Part shown: piece by piece, positions 12,324-24,300 of the stretch
Layout of the letters: the number at the start of each line of letters is the position of its first letter
Position numbering within the stretch: the first letter of the stretch is position 1
Assembly: GCA_002633005.1 (NCBI GenBank)
Contig: NMRA01000080.1
Location: 954,940 to 1,018,939 of the forward strand
Origin: Phoronis australis
Taxonomy: Eukaryota; Animalia; Phoronida
Direction: 5' to 3'
Length of the DNA stretch: 64,000 nucleotides
Notes under the pieces: generated by a model
The model's input: the letters and a program-made list of their open reading frames with translations, nothing else
What the model was told of the DNA's origin: nothing
Databases searched by the model: none
Program-made: the position numbers and the translations under genes

Positions 12324-15300
12324 ATGGACTCACAGGATTTATTATCTCTGCGGCGAAGGATGTTACAGGTGTGTCTCCGATGAGTTGCCAGCAGTCACTG
12401 GTATTATTTAAGTTTAAGTTCTCATGCACGCGACCAAAACGTCATGAACATTGTATTTCTTTTTCATTCAAAAGCACGCAAAAAGCCTAGACGCTAGTAA
12501 GGATGATACTTTTGAATGATCTGCGCAATTGGCGATTGAAAGTAATTTGAAATTGGAGGGTCAGAATTGACGAATAATAAGGCTTGAGTTTAAATTAAAA
12601 CGATTTTTGTATGTTAAACATGAAGACGACTTATGATCTTTGATCCGCTTACGAAACAAGAAAACAAAACTGTGTGTCCTTTAATTGCAAATATCTAACC
12701 AATGAGCTAAATGAGAACAATAATCAGGTGTCGTAAACACCAGAAGCAATTGGCGATCAAATGCTAATGACGTCAACTTGATCATTTTAGAAAAACTTGT
12801 CTATGAGTTCATTGGCCCACGTAGCCTCAAATCGATGAGCCAATTTTTTGACATTATTCGAATGTCTGCCTTTTTCTAATTGATTTCGGATTTCAGTATG
12901 CGTGATTTCAATCGTCTGCTACATCGCGGCCATTTTCCTCAAAGGCCAACTGCGTTGAAATTTAACTAAACACATAAGATCACCGTGAGAACAAGCACTT
13001 TCGCAACATGCTAGACCCATATCTGTAAAATTGTTACTCTGCATTAGATTCTGAATGCAATACGTATTATTCAAAACAAAATCATGCAATATTGTGGTAG
13101 GTTTGGCGCGCTCGTTGGTCCTGAGTTAAGGTTATCTCAAACCTTATTTAATGATCTTCATTCTAACTTTTAATCAAAAACAGGCTATGTCAACGAGTAT
13201 GCATTCAGAAAGGTAAAAATGAGAGATTATAAAACGTGTTTTGTATTTATGTGCCGTTATTATTAGTAGTTTCCACGTTTTAAGTCAAAATTTCGTTTTA
13301 AGAAATGTACACCCATAGCAAAATAACCCTATGGTCGATTTTAACGAAATCATTTTCTTAATGAAAATTTAATCTTTTAACCTAAAAACGTTGCTAAGAA
13401 TTTCCGATTACCCATTTTTAGTTTTGTTTTTCAACTCCCACAATGATGTAAAGTATTTTTGTAAAAACCTAGCATCGTGAGTCGTACGTGTACTATTCTA
13501 TCTCACGGTACGCAGAAACTGGGCATTTAAAATGAAAAGCCGAACACCGTTTTTGAGATTGGCGAATAAATATGTGAAATTCGCAAAGCCGTTTTCGAGA
13601 ACTCGTGTTCCTAACTTCTAATGCAGTCGATTTGCCGAGTCCGAGAAAAAGCGGAAGAAGTAGGGAGTCTATGACTGGCGGGAGATTGGATTTGAGTGAT
13701 AGCCTTCTGACCTTTGACCTCAGATAAATAGTAAACAAATTTCCGTGCTGTTGGAGGTGGTTTTGCTAATTTTTTGTCTCACTTCACGGCAAATATTTCG
13801 TATTTGACGTTCCCTAGAATGAAACTTTTGTATTTTGTTATGTTAAATATTGACAAAACGTCCATTTTTGAATAAGGTTTGAGACATTCTTAAGCAATAA
13901 TGGATCTTTATAAGCCAATGACGCTGAGCGCGCTCCTAAGCTTATCTCTGAACTATGTTCAGCGCAATTGTGAACTGTGTCCAAACATCAATTGTCCTTT
14001 TATCTGATATCCTATCTTTAGTCTACAAAACATTTCTGTTTTGACACAAAATGAAACTAAATTCTACGTCGAGTATCTTACACTTTTGAACTTTGATTGG
14101 CGCACTTCATAGCATCTTATACGTTTTTGCATTAGTTTTTCCCGTTGCGAATATTTGTTAATTTTTTCATTGGGTATCTTGCAGACGGCGAATTTGGTAT
14201 ACGTCACTGAAAATGATAGTAGTCCAGAGTTAGAGATGGTGGAAAATTTGAAAGAAAACTCCATGTCCGCGGAGACTGGTGAAACTGACGTATATGATAG
14301 CAACTGTATTATGTCGACTACACAGCCCTCCTCAACAACAACGGAAGAACTAAGCGGAAACATCGACGCTGATAACAACGATGAGACAGAAAATGATAGT
14401 ATGATTTCTGCCTTCCGTCATTTCACCTCATTTGGACATTACTTTAAAGCCTAACTCCAACGCAATTTTGTTATTGGGTTAACCAGATAGTCTTAGCAAA
14501 GCCTTAGAAAAATAAGAAAACGCGAGTCAGTTCAATCACCCAAATGTAAGCCCGTCAAATGATACGTGAAGCTATGTTGCATCACTTCGAGATCACAGCA
14601 CAAACAACGGAAGGTTGTATTGAATAGAGGTCTGAATAGAACACCATTGCGTGCGGGTGTTATTAGCAGCTGTTTAAAGTAAAAAGGTGATTCTCACTGT
14701 GACGTAAACAAAAACAAGCCAATACGCCTGACATTTGACAATTTATGGTACTAGTGGGCTCAAAGCAATGCTCTTAACATACTGTAGGAACCAAATTTTT
14801 AGGTGTTACTGTTGAATACAGGCTTTTAGCGAGTACCGAATTTTTAAACGGAGACCTTATAAAGGCAAAGGCAACCTTTTCTCATGTCAGTTTTAGCTAA
14901 ATTAAGGTTCTTTGATTATCTCAGACATATTTTTCACTTATTTACAGCTTTTCGCAATTTAATTCATTTCTCGTCCTCTACTCTGGAAGTGACGTTTTTG
15001 GGATGCAAGAAATTCGCGCCAATTTCTTTCCATATAGTCTGACTGTGAGAGCTGCCGAGTCAGTAATTGTTCTATCTCGGTTGTGATAAGTTCGGTTGTC
15101 GTTTGCTTTTCTTTACGAGTCAGTCAACATGCCACGTTGTTGTTGCGTACTGGGATGTACTCATTATCGCCTCACGTACAGAGGAACAACTGTCCCTCTT
15201 GCCCGAGTGCCCGCGACACACTCCCACTGGATGGTGACCTGAGCATCCAAACTGCTTACATACCGCCGTGTGACTGACTCTCTCGCCACACACCTGGCAC

Positions 15301-18300
15301 CTTCTAAATAGCTCCAATACTGTAGACAAGTCCACAATAAACTTATCAAACTTCGGCTCACCGATCTGTTCATTGGATGACGAACTGTCCTCTTCACTGG
15401 GTGTCGAACTGGGCCTGTATTCACTCCGACTACTCAACATCGCAGCAGTGCTGCTTGCAGGCTCTGGACTAGAGACAACAGCACAGGGCGAATCACTGCT
15501 AGTGCCCGGAATTGCACGCTCTGGGGAACGACGGTATGGCACCCTTCTTCAGGCGTTGTGTCGCAGAGACCTTCATCAATTCAGCGTACATATCTCTCTC
15601 GTAATCTGACGGCAGAAAATGCTTGCCACACACTCGGTAACGCTCCACTGCTTTGTACGTTTCGTGGAAGGGTAGCACTGCGTTCTTCACACGAACGAGC
15701 TAGCCAAGTACGGCGAAGTGTGTCATCCTTCGGAAAGCGATGCAAGGTACCCCGGCGCACGTGAGACGATACACATGAGTACATCCCGGTACGCAGAAAG
15801 AGCGTGGCATGTTGACTGACTAGTAAACAAAAGCAAACGACTACCGAACTTATCACAACCGAGGTAGAACAATGACTGACTCGACAGCACTCACAGTCAG
15901 ACTATATGAAAAGAAACTGGCGCGAAATTCTTACCTCCCAAAACGTCGCTTCCGGAGTAATTAATTAAATTACGAAGAGCTGTAAATAAGTGAAAAATAC
16001 GTCTGGGATAATCAACGAACCTTATTTTAGCTAAAAATGACACTGAAAAATGGTTGCCTTCGCCTTTAAGAAACACTGAGAGCTGATCTGCGATGTACAC
16101 ACTGGGATTAGTCATTGTGGATTAATGTGACGCACCTCTTTTTAATGCAATTCCCTGCGCGCAATTTTCCAATATTAGGTTTGAGAAATAACAATAAAAT
16201 GGACGGTTTTATGACGTATATCTTTGCCTGTTGAGGGTCTGTATGTTAACTTTGGTAACAGAAAACAAGTACAGTCGTGGTTGTAAACATGCTTAGTCTG
16301 GTTTGCACGCCACCTGTTGGCCACATGAAGTGAGTCGTAGGGTAGCGCCACTGGTCAACAAAGTAGTTTGGGTAATATTTTGGAATTCATTGTGGCAATG
16401 GCGTTTATGACTGACGACGTGTTATTGAATGAGCTAAACTTGTTGGACATTCCCTTTTCGAAGTCGAAGAGACAATTTTAGTCAAATGTTGTTGTACAAG
16501 TGAGATCTACAGAAGACATTGAATTTTCAAGAATTGCTACCGAAATTGCACAAATGGTTTTACCTCGTCTGTGGCCATAGAAACGTAACCTAGTGTAAAC
16601 AAGGACAGCATTTTCAGACACGTGTCTTCAGGTAGAACATCTTGTAAAATACTTTGACTAAATTTCACAACTCAAAAGGCTATCTGTGGTACTGTAGCTG
16701 CAAGGCGTAATGAAACAAACGAACACAGAAAAGGTCAGGTGTTGAAAGCAGTCAGCTTGTGTTGGAATATCACTATGCTCCACGCAAATCTCTCTTCCTC
16801 TACACTACTTCAAAACATCACCGCTGACGAAAAAGTTTTGAACACGTGCTGACCCAGCTTGTATTTGAATGAGCCACGTTTGGAAATGAGGGCAGTTGTC
16901 TCTCCATGTTTTCAATCACTCAGAGCATGGGGGCTGTAATTATTGGTGTGGAAAACAAAGGAGATTCAGGTTCCTTGAAATTATGGCCACGTGCACAATA
17001 CAGGTAAAGTGCATAGTAGTAATGACGGTACAATATTTTAATTTTCTTCAGAAACCAGTTGCTTTCGACCAGTCTGTCGAGGGCAGAAACCGTGTGTGAG
17101 AACTGCTGTTTTCTGACCGGTGCGGCCGTTCGTGTACAGTGTCTGTTCTCACAAAATGCAGTTTGCACTAAATACTCTCGAAAACCATTTCGTGAAATCC
17201 AGGATATTATTTTTGTGTTCATTATTATGTATGATTCCTTTGCCAATTTCAATCATGATCAGCCGCAAATTAAAAAAATAATAATTCACGCGCATAATTT
17301 ATTATTCAAATAGAAATATTTGAACTGACACACTAAACTGTTGATGAGCAATCACAGGAAAGTTATACTCGTGAATATTGCATGTAAACTGGTTAACGTT
17401 TCAGGCTCAATCCTCCCACGTATCGGTTAAATTATATATTTGATTTTCTTCCTTTAGATCAAAATTGTCAATCTGTTGCAGAGGACTTTCGTTTAAATGA
17501 AGAATGCCCGGCATCATCATCGCGAAACGACAACCTTGATAGCAGTTGCACACCGTTTGCTGTTGTGCAGATAGGAAATGAGAATGAAGTTCATCTTTCT
17601 CTGTCGGGGAACAATGGACTAGGGACGACAAGCAATGCAAGCGAAGTGCCAGGTAAATATGAGACACTAAACTTTTGGTCATATGTCAGTACATTCCACT
17701 AATTCATGACGAGTGCATTCTATCGCACTCGTCTATAAAGCGAAATAACTCCTGTAATCCTCGCTGATAGCGCTGCTCAGATTACAGTACATGTACATTG
17801 ACAGATTTCGAATCAATACAACGTATTATTTTGAGAATGCGTTCTGTGGAGTCCTATATCGGTGCACTAGCAATCGCCGCTGTAATAAAGCACACTGCCG
17901 CATAGACGGTGCAGCACTGAAAAAAGTAGGAGACTATAGCCCATCCAGTCCCATGTGGTGAGCCGACCATATGCAGATGTTTACACCATACTATAACATG
18001 GATGACAGAGAACGGATGTTTACTACTTACCAATATTTGAGAAGTTATCGTTTAATAACGCGTCTTGAACATGCCTTACAGGGAGGTGACGACCACAGTT
18101 CGCTATTCTTATCTTACAATTTGCTATGAAATCAGTCACAGTACTTCTACAGGCGGATTTAGGACACAATATGGAGAACAAGGGATTTTTCTCATTTTTG
18201 TAAGATCTTTGTAGCATCAAATTGGACCCCTTACCAAGTCCATTGGTTGAAAAGTTACCTCTTCCACAGGCCATGATAGCTTGTGTTGTACCGGTATTTC

Positions 18301-21300
18301 AACACGGAGCAGATAATTCTGTTCACATTCACGAAGAATCCTATCAAACTTCTCGAAAAGACGGTAAAGTCACAAAAGGTGAGCATATTTGAAATAGTGG
18401 TGTTACATTTTGTCTTTTTAGTCAAAATTGAGAATCGTTGACTACATAACGACGAAGTACGGCATTATCAAGACACTCTCTGTTGTTAGCATCAGTACAC
18501 ACCGTTTTGATGCGATAACATGTTTTTATCAATATATACCGTTTGGTATGATATTCTGTTTACATTAGCATATTCCATTTTGATACGATATCATGTTTAC
18601 GTCAGTATATACCATTTTGAAGCGATGCCATGTTTTCACCAGCCCAGCATCATCATCAACACGCGTGACGTTATCATTAATTTGTTGCGATGCGCAGTAA
18701 AATTTTTGTAGTAAACAAAAAGAGAATTCCGTTGTCATTTCAGTCACAGCATCTCATCGTGAATTGTCTGAAGATGACGTTCACACGGCTCTCCAAGGCG
18801 CAGGCATCAACAGAACAACAGCGGAACCAAGGCAACACTTAACTCGGTCCCTCAATAACTTACGTACAGGTGAAAATATTCATAAATTGGTTGCTATTCG
18901 CTGCAAAATGTTTTCGAAATTGAAAAGGCAGAGAGCTTAACGGGAAATGTTCGGCAAGCACATGACTCACCGAAGCATTGCACCTATATGGCGGTGCATA
19001 AAAAACGCTTCAGTCACTCGTTGTGTTGAGTATTATCAGTTTTTGATTTCCTTTATTATTTCCGATATGGAACACGGAAAGGTCTTTATCAATCGAGATA
19101 CGGCCACATGTAGGAGCACTTGATAAATTTACAGTCGTAGATGTATTTCCGTATTTTATTGGTAATAACTCAAGCACGATTTTATTTTCGAGCCTCGGAA
19201 GTGGGATCACCTGTATTAAAGAGTTCCCACCATGCATTTTCTTACTTTTTCAGGTTTCAGTTAGCTAATATGAATCGAATACCATAAAATCTTGCTAAAT
19301 AGGCACTTTTTATGCCAAATAGTGGCAACTTTTTTAATTTTGAAGAAAAATTACTTATTTCTAAGTTTCCCGCCAAATGATGCAATGGGTGGAAGACGGT
19401 TGGCCGCTTGACAATCATTTGCAATGTCGGAACACTGCAGGTCAGAAGACAATGACAATATTAGGCGAGAATTGGACAATTATTATGCAGACAGAGAGGA
19501 GAGTGGATACGGGCACTTATACTCAAGTACTTGAAGAATCAGACAATGAATTCGATTTCCCATTTAGCGAACTTTCGTCGGGTTTCAGGCCGTATGAACT
19601 CGACCCACTTGCACGAGAAATGACATATGTGAGCCACAACCAACTCTACCAAGTGGTGGTCACTACTCACAAAATAGACACTTAATAATTACTGACAAAG
19701 GCCACAGCCAACCTGGGTTACTCGTATTCACTATTGCCGTGATGGAATGAGCACAGTCTAAACACAATATGCATAAGCCTACTTGTAGTAGCACTCGATC
19801 TGGGCCGGGGTCCAGGGCCTGGCATCACTCGCCCTAGAATGGAAGCAGTTTGTTCGTTATTTACAAAATTTGCAAATGCACTTACTTGGTGGTGAGTCCT
19901 TCATTGTAACGCCGCTTATGTGTGTGGTCGAAACACGATTCTTTGAAATGTGCCGATCAAAGTGTGGCTTACGCCAAACTGAATCTCATGTTCCACACTG
20001 ACACTCCACACTCTTGTTCGACGCACAATCATGGGTGGCGCAGCACTGAAAAAAGTGGGGGCTAACCCCCCTCAGCCCTCCTGTGTTGCACCGCCTATAG
20101 ACCATGGGCGGCTTAGCCCTGAAAAAGTGGGGGGCTATAGCCCTACCCTAGGCCCCTATGGTGCGCCGCCCATGACAAACCGATGCCATTTTTGTGCAAC
20201 TTTCACGTATTTAGGAAATTTGAACACTAAGACGTTCACAGTCAAGTTGTTGTTACCACAGTTTCCACAAACGCACCTTTTCATGTCTGAAAAAGACGGC
20301 TCCACGCGGACTTTCTTCACAACTCCTCAGTATCGCACTGGTAACAACGGCTGAGGCGGTCTTCCACCCATTGCGTACAAACTCGATAACAGAAAAATAT
20401 ATTTTTAAAATTTTTAGATTGTTTCGTAACAACAGGTGTACTAAAGGCTATTAAATCTGTTAAGATGTAATAATAAAATTCCTTTTTGAGACACAGGGTC
20501 ATGGTGGGAACTCTTTAATATAGAATAGGACTCCTGGCCTGAATACCACCAAGAGCGGGCTTATCTAAATTAATATACGTGACCCAGCTTTCGATCATTC
20601 TTTGGGGGGCCTTATATTAATATAGGGGCCCAAAATTAACCTACAATGATACTTTTCCCCCCAAATCCGCCACTGCTAAATGTGATAGTTTGAGCAAAAA
20701 TATTACCAGTTAATAACATATAACATGTTCATTATGCCTGCCAAACAATACCTCACCTAAGTTCAGTTCAAGAGATTGACCAGTTTTCTACAAATGTTTT
20801 GTTGTTGCAGCAGTGATCGTCAAGGTTTCGATTCGTAATGAGAATGCAGAAACCCAGAGGAAACTTGAGGACCAGATGTGCGAGGATCTATCTGAGCCTG
20901 ACAAGGTTTCCGAGATAGCAGAGTTTGCGAGACGTCAAGATGTCTCCTTCCATCAATGGAATAAAGGTTGCATCGAAGTTTTGTTGGTAGCACGCAGTAA
21001 AAAAGAGGCCGAGGTGCTCAAGCGAAAGTTGCTTGGTGGCCAACTGGATAAAGAACTGCGACATCTGTTGATAACCGAGAAAGTTCAACGGCTAGCTAAT
21101 TATGAATACATTGATATGGAAATAGATGTCATAGATGGTAAGGTTACAGGCAAATGGTTTGTTTTTTATTGCGTGGAAAAATAGTAATTCAAACAGGCCT
21201 GTGCACGTAGCGCTTGTCAGTTTTAACACGAGCTATTTAAAGTGACATTATCGGCGAGAAAATAAATTTCTGAAATGAGTCCCAGAGCGAACCTTTGAGG

Positions 21301-24300
21301 TAGAACCCAAACGCTCTGCTTACCAACCAAACGGCACTCGATAAACGACAAAATATTTTAAGCGTATTTAACTGGCGACGTCACAGGCTTTGATTTCAGC
21401 AAATGTATGACAGACGCCAGCGAGAATTAGAGATTTGTAATAAAATCACAAAAAACAAATCACAAAAAACACAACGGAAACAGTTTTACTATTTTAAGTC
21501 TCTGGTCAAACTTAATAACACCAAAAAGACCTATGTAATCCAACACTGATCCAAAACTGTGTATTTTTGTCCGTAAAAATGACAACGTCCCTTAGAGGGC
21601 AGTTGGTATCATTCAAACGCAGCATTTATTTCGTGTTCCATAGCACAGCGTATCTGAATCTATTTGATTACTAACCGTGATTTCAAAAAACCCAAAATTA
21701 TAATATCATTTTTGTTTTTGCAAGTTTTTTAGTATTCATTTTTTAACAAGGTTGAAAGAGTCGCCTCCATGGGGCGGTGCTTCTGTTTAGTGAATTGGCG
21801 ATACGGTACACGCACTAGAATGGTGTAACAAAGCCTATTAGGAATATACCTTTTCAATGTTTACTCAGGGAGGGACTTACGAAACAGCTTCTCATCTGAT
21901 GAGTTCCGCCTACACCTATGAACCATTCAAAATCACACGTCTCGCTGGTAACGCATCAATTCGTAATCCCATACATTCTAAATTTGAAGGAAATGCGTGC
22001 ATAAGAGTAATTATGATTGAATTCCTTGAATCGGAAACATGTTATTGAATTACAGACGCACAAAGAATTAAAACAATAGTTCTTAAAACGCCTTTAAATT
22101 CAAGGCGTACATCATTTTTTTCATCTTGCGACGGTCCGTATACAAGCTGACAAGATTGTTTTTTCAGTTTCAAAAACGAATGGTTATTGNATGGAATAAA
22201 GGTTGCATCGAAGTTTTGTTGGTAGCACGCAGTAAAAAAGAGGCCGAGGTGCTCAAGCGAAAGCTGCTTGGTGGCCAACTGGATAAAGAACTGCGACATC
22301 TGTTGATAACCGAGAAAGTTCAACGGCTAGCTAATTATGAATACATTGATATGGAAACAGATGTCATAGATGGTAAGGTTACAGGCAAATGGTATGTTTT
22401 TTATAGCGTGGAAAAATAGTAATTCAAATAGGCCTGTGCACGTAGCACTTGTCAGTTTTAACACGAGCTATTTAAAGTGACATTATCGGCGAGAAAATAA
22501 ATTTCTGAAATGAGTCCCAGAGCGAACCTTTGAGGTAGAACCCAAACGCTCTGCTTACCAACCAAACGGCACTCGATAAACGACTAAGTATTTTAAGCGT
22601 ATTTAACTGGCGACGTCACAGGCTTTGATTTCAGCAAATGTATGCCAGACGCCAGCGAGAATTAGAGATTTGTAATAAAATCACACAAAAAAAAAACAAA
22701 TCACAAAAAACACAACGGAAACGGTTTTACTATTTTAAGTCTCTGGTCAAACCTAATAACACCAAAAAGACCTATGTAATCCAACACTGATCCAAAACTA
22801 TGTATTTTTGTCCGTAAAAATGACAACGTCCCTTAGAGGGCAGATGGTATCATTCAAACGCAGCATTTATTTCGTGTTCCATAGCACAGCGTATCTGAAT
22901 CTATTTGATTACTAACCGTGATTTCAAAAAACCCAAAATTATAATATCATTTTTGTTTTTGCAAGTTTTTTAGTATTCATTTTTTAACAAGGTTGAAAGA
23001 GTCGCCTCCATGGGGCGGTGCTTCTGTTTAGTGAATTGGCGATACGGTACACGCACTAGAATGGTGTAACAAAGCCTATTAGGAATATACCTTTTCAATG
23101 TTTACTCAGGGAGGGACTTACGAAACAGCTTCTCATCTGATGAGTTCCGCCTACACCTATGAACCATTCAAAATCACACGTCTCGCTGGTAACGCATCAA
23201 TTCGTAATCCCATACATTCTAAATTTGAAGGAAATGAGAGTAATTATGATTGACTTCCTTGAATCGGAAACATGTTATTGAATTACAGACGCACAAAGAA
23301 TTAAAACAATAGTTCTTAAAACGCCTTTAAATTCAAGGCGTACATCATTTTTTTCATCTTGCGACGGTCCGTATACAAGCTGACAAGATTGTTTTTTCAG
23401 TTTCAAAAACGAATGGTTATTGTAACAAAATTGAGCGCGTCATGACGGCGAAGAGTGGAAAAATAAACGTTTTACCAGGCTGGATACACGTATCGTAGGA
23501 GTGAGGGTTGGGTGAAGAGAGAAACAAAAATATTTTAAGGACGGCTTTAACAGTTGCATAATTTGTTGATTTCACTTAGGCAGTCAACATTTATAAATTG
23601 AGTTAGTGATTTGAACGCATATTGGTACAATGGTTCTTTTCAGATGCTGCTCAACGTCGTCCATCTGGTGAAATGGAAGACGAGAACGAAGCTTCTATTA
23701 GGTCTGTAACGTATCGGTGTCATGACCCAGCATGCAAGAGACGGAGCTCTAAAGAGCTGGGTTCAGGTAACTGAAATTCAAGTTAATTGCGATGCGTTTT
23801 CATCTTTCTGGTGCGCAATAAGCACGCATTTACAACGTTACAATGCATTCTAATATAACGCATTTTAAAACAAAGTTATGGCCTCCTTTTCTCCAGTCAC
23901 TACATTCATATCCGTCCCTCGCACTTCCACTTGCCCTCCCTCACTACCGCTCTCACTTGCTCCATCCTTTTCATCTCCGTCGTTGCCTCCCTCGCTCTCT
24001 CTCTCTAAACTTTTGTAATTCAACGCTGCTTTTGACGTCTTACAGAGTCAACAATGTGTGTGGGCTATGAAACTAAAGACTTCATACCACATATCGAACT
24101 TGAAGACGTGAAAGAATGCTTTAAGCAGGCTGGCATTGAAGCGGGTCAGAACGAATTGTTAAAATTTGCTGAACTTCTAACGCAAGAAAGACAAGAGCCT
24201 TACATCAACGGAGATGGTAAACTGTGCCGCCAGTCACCACAATGTCACACCATGTCCAATTAATGAAGTCGTCCCTCCGCCCAATACCCACAACCGTGAT

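Noticed and set aside
16873-17003. Third RHIM-like exon (GAVIIGVENK)
   Set aside because: Upstream in-frame stop and a phase-2 donor incompatible with the phase-1 chain; at most a decayed exon.
22191-22372. Duplicated TRADD-N exon
   Set aside because: Starts mid-exon at an N gap; probably an allelic assembly artefact.
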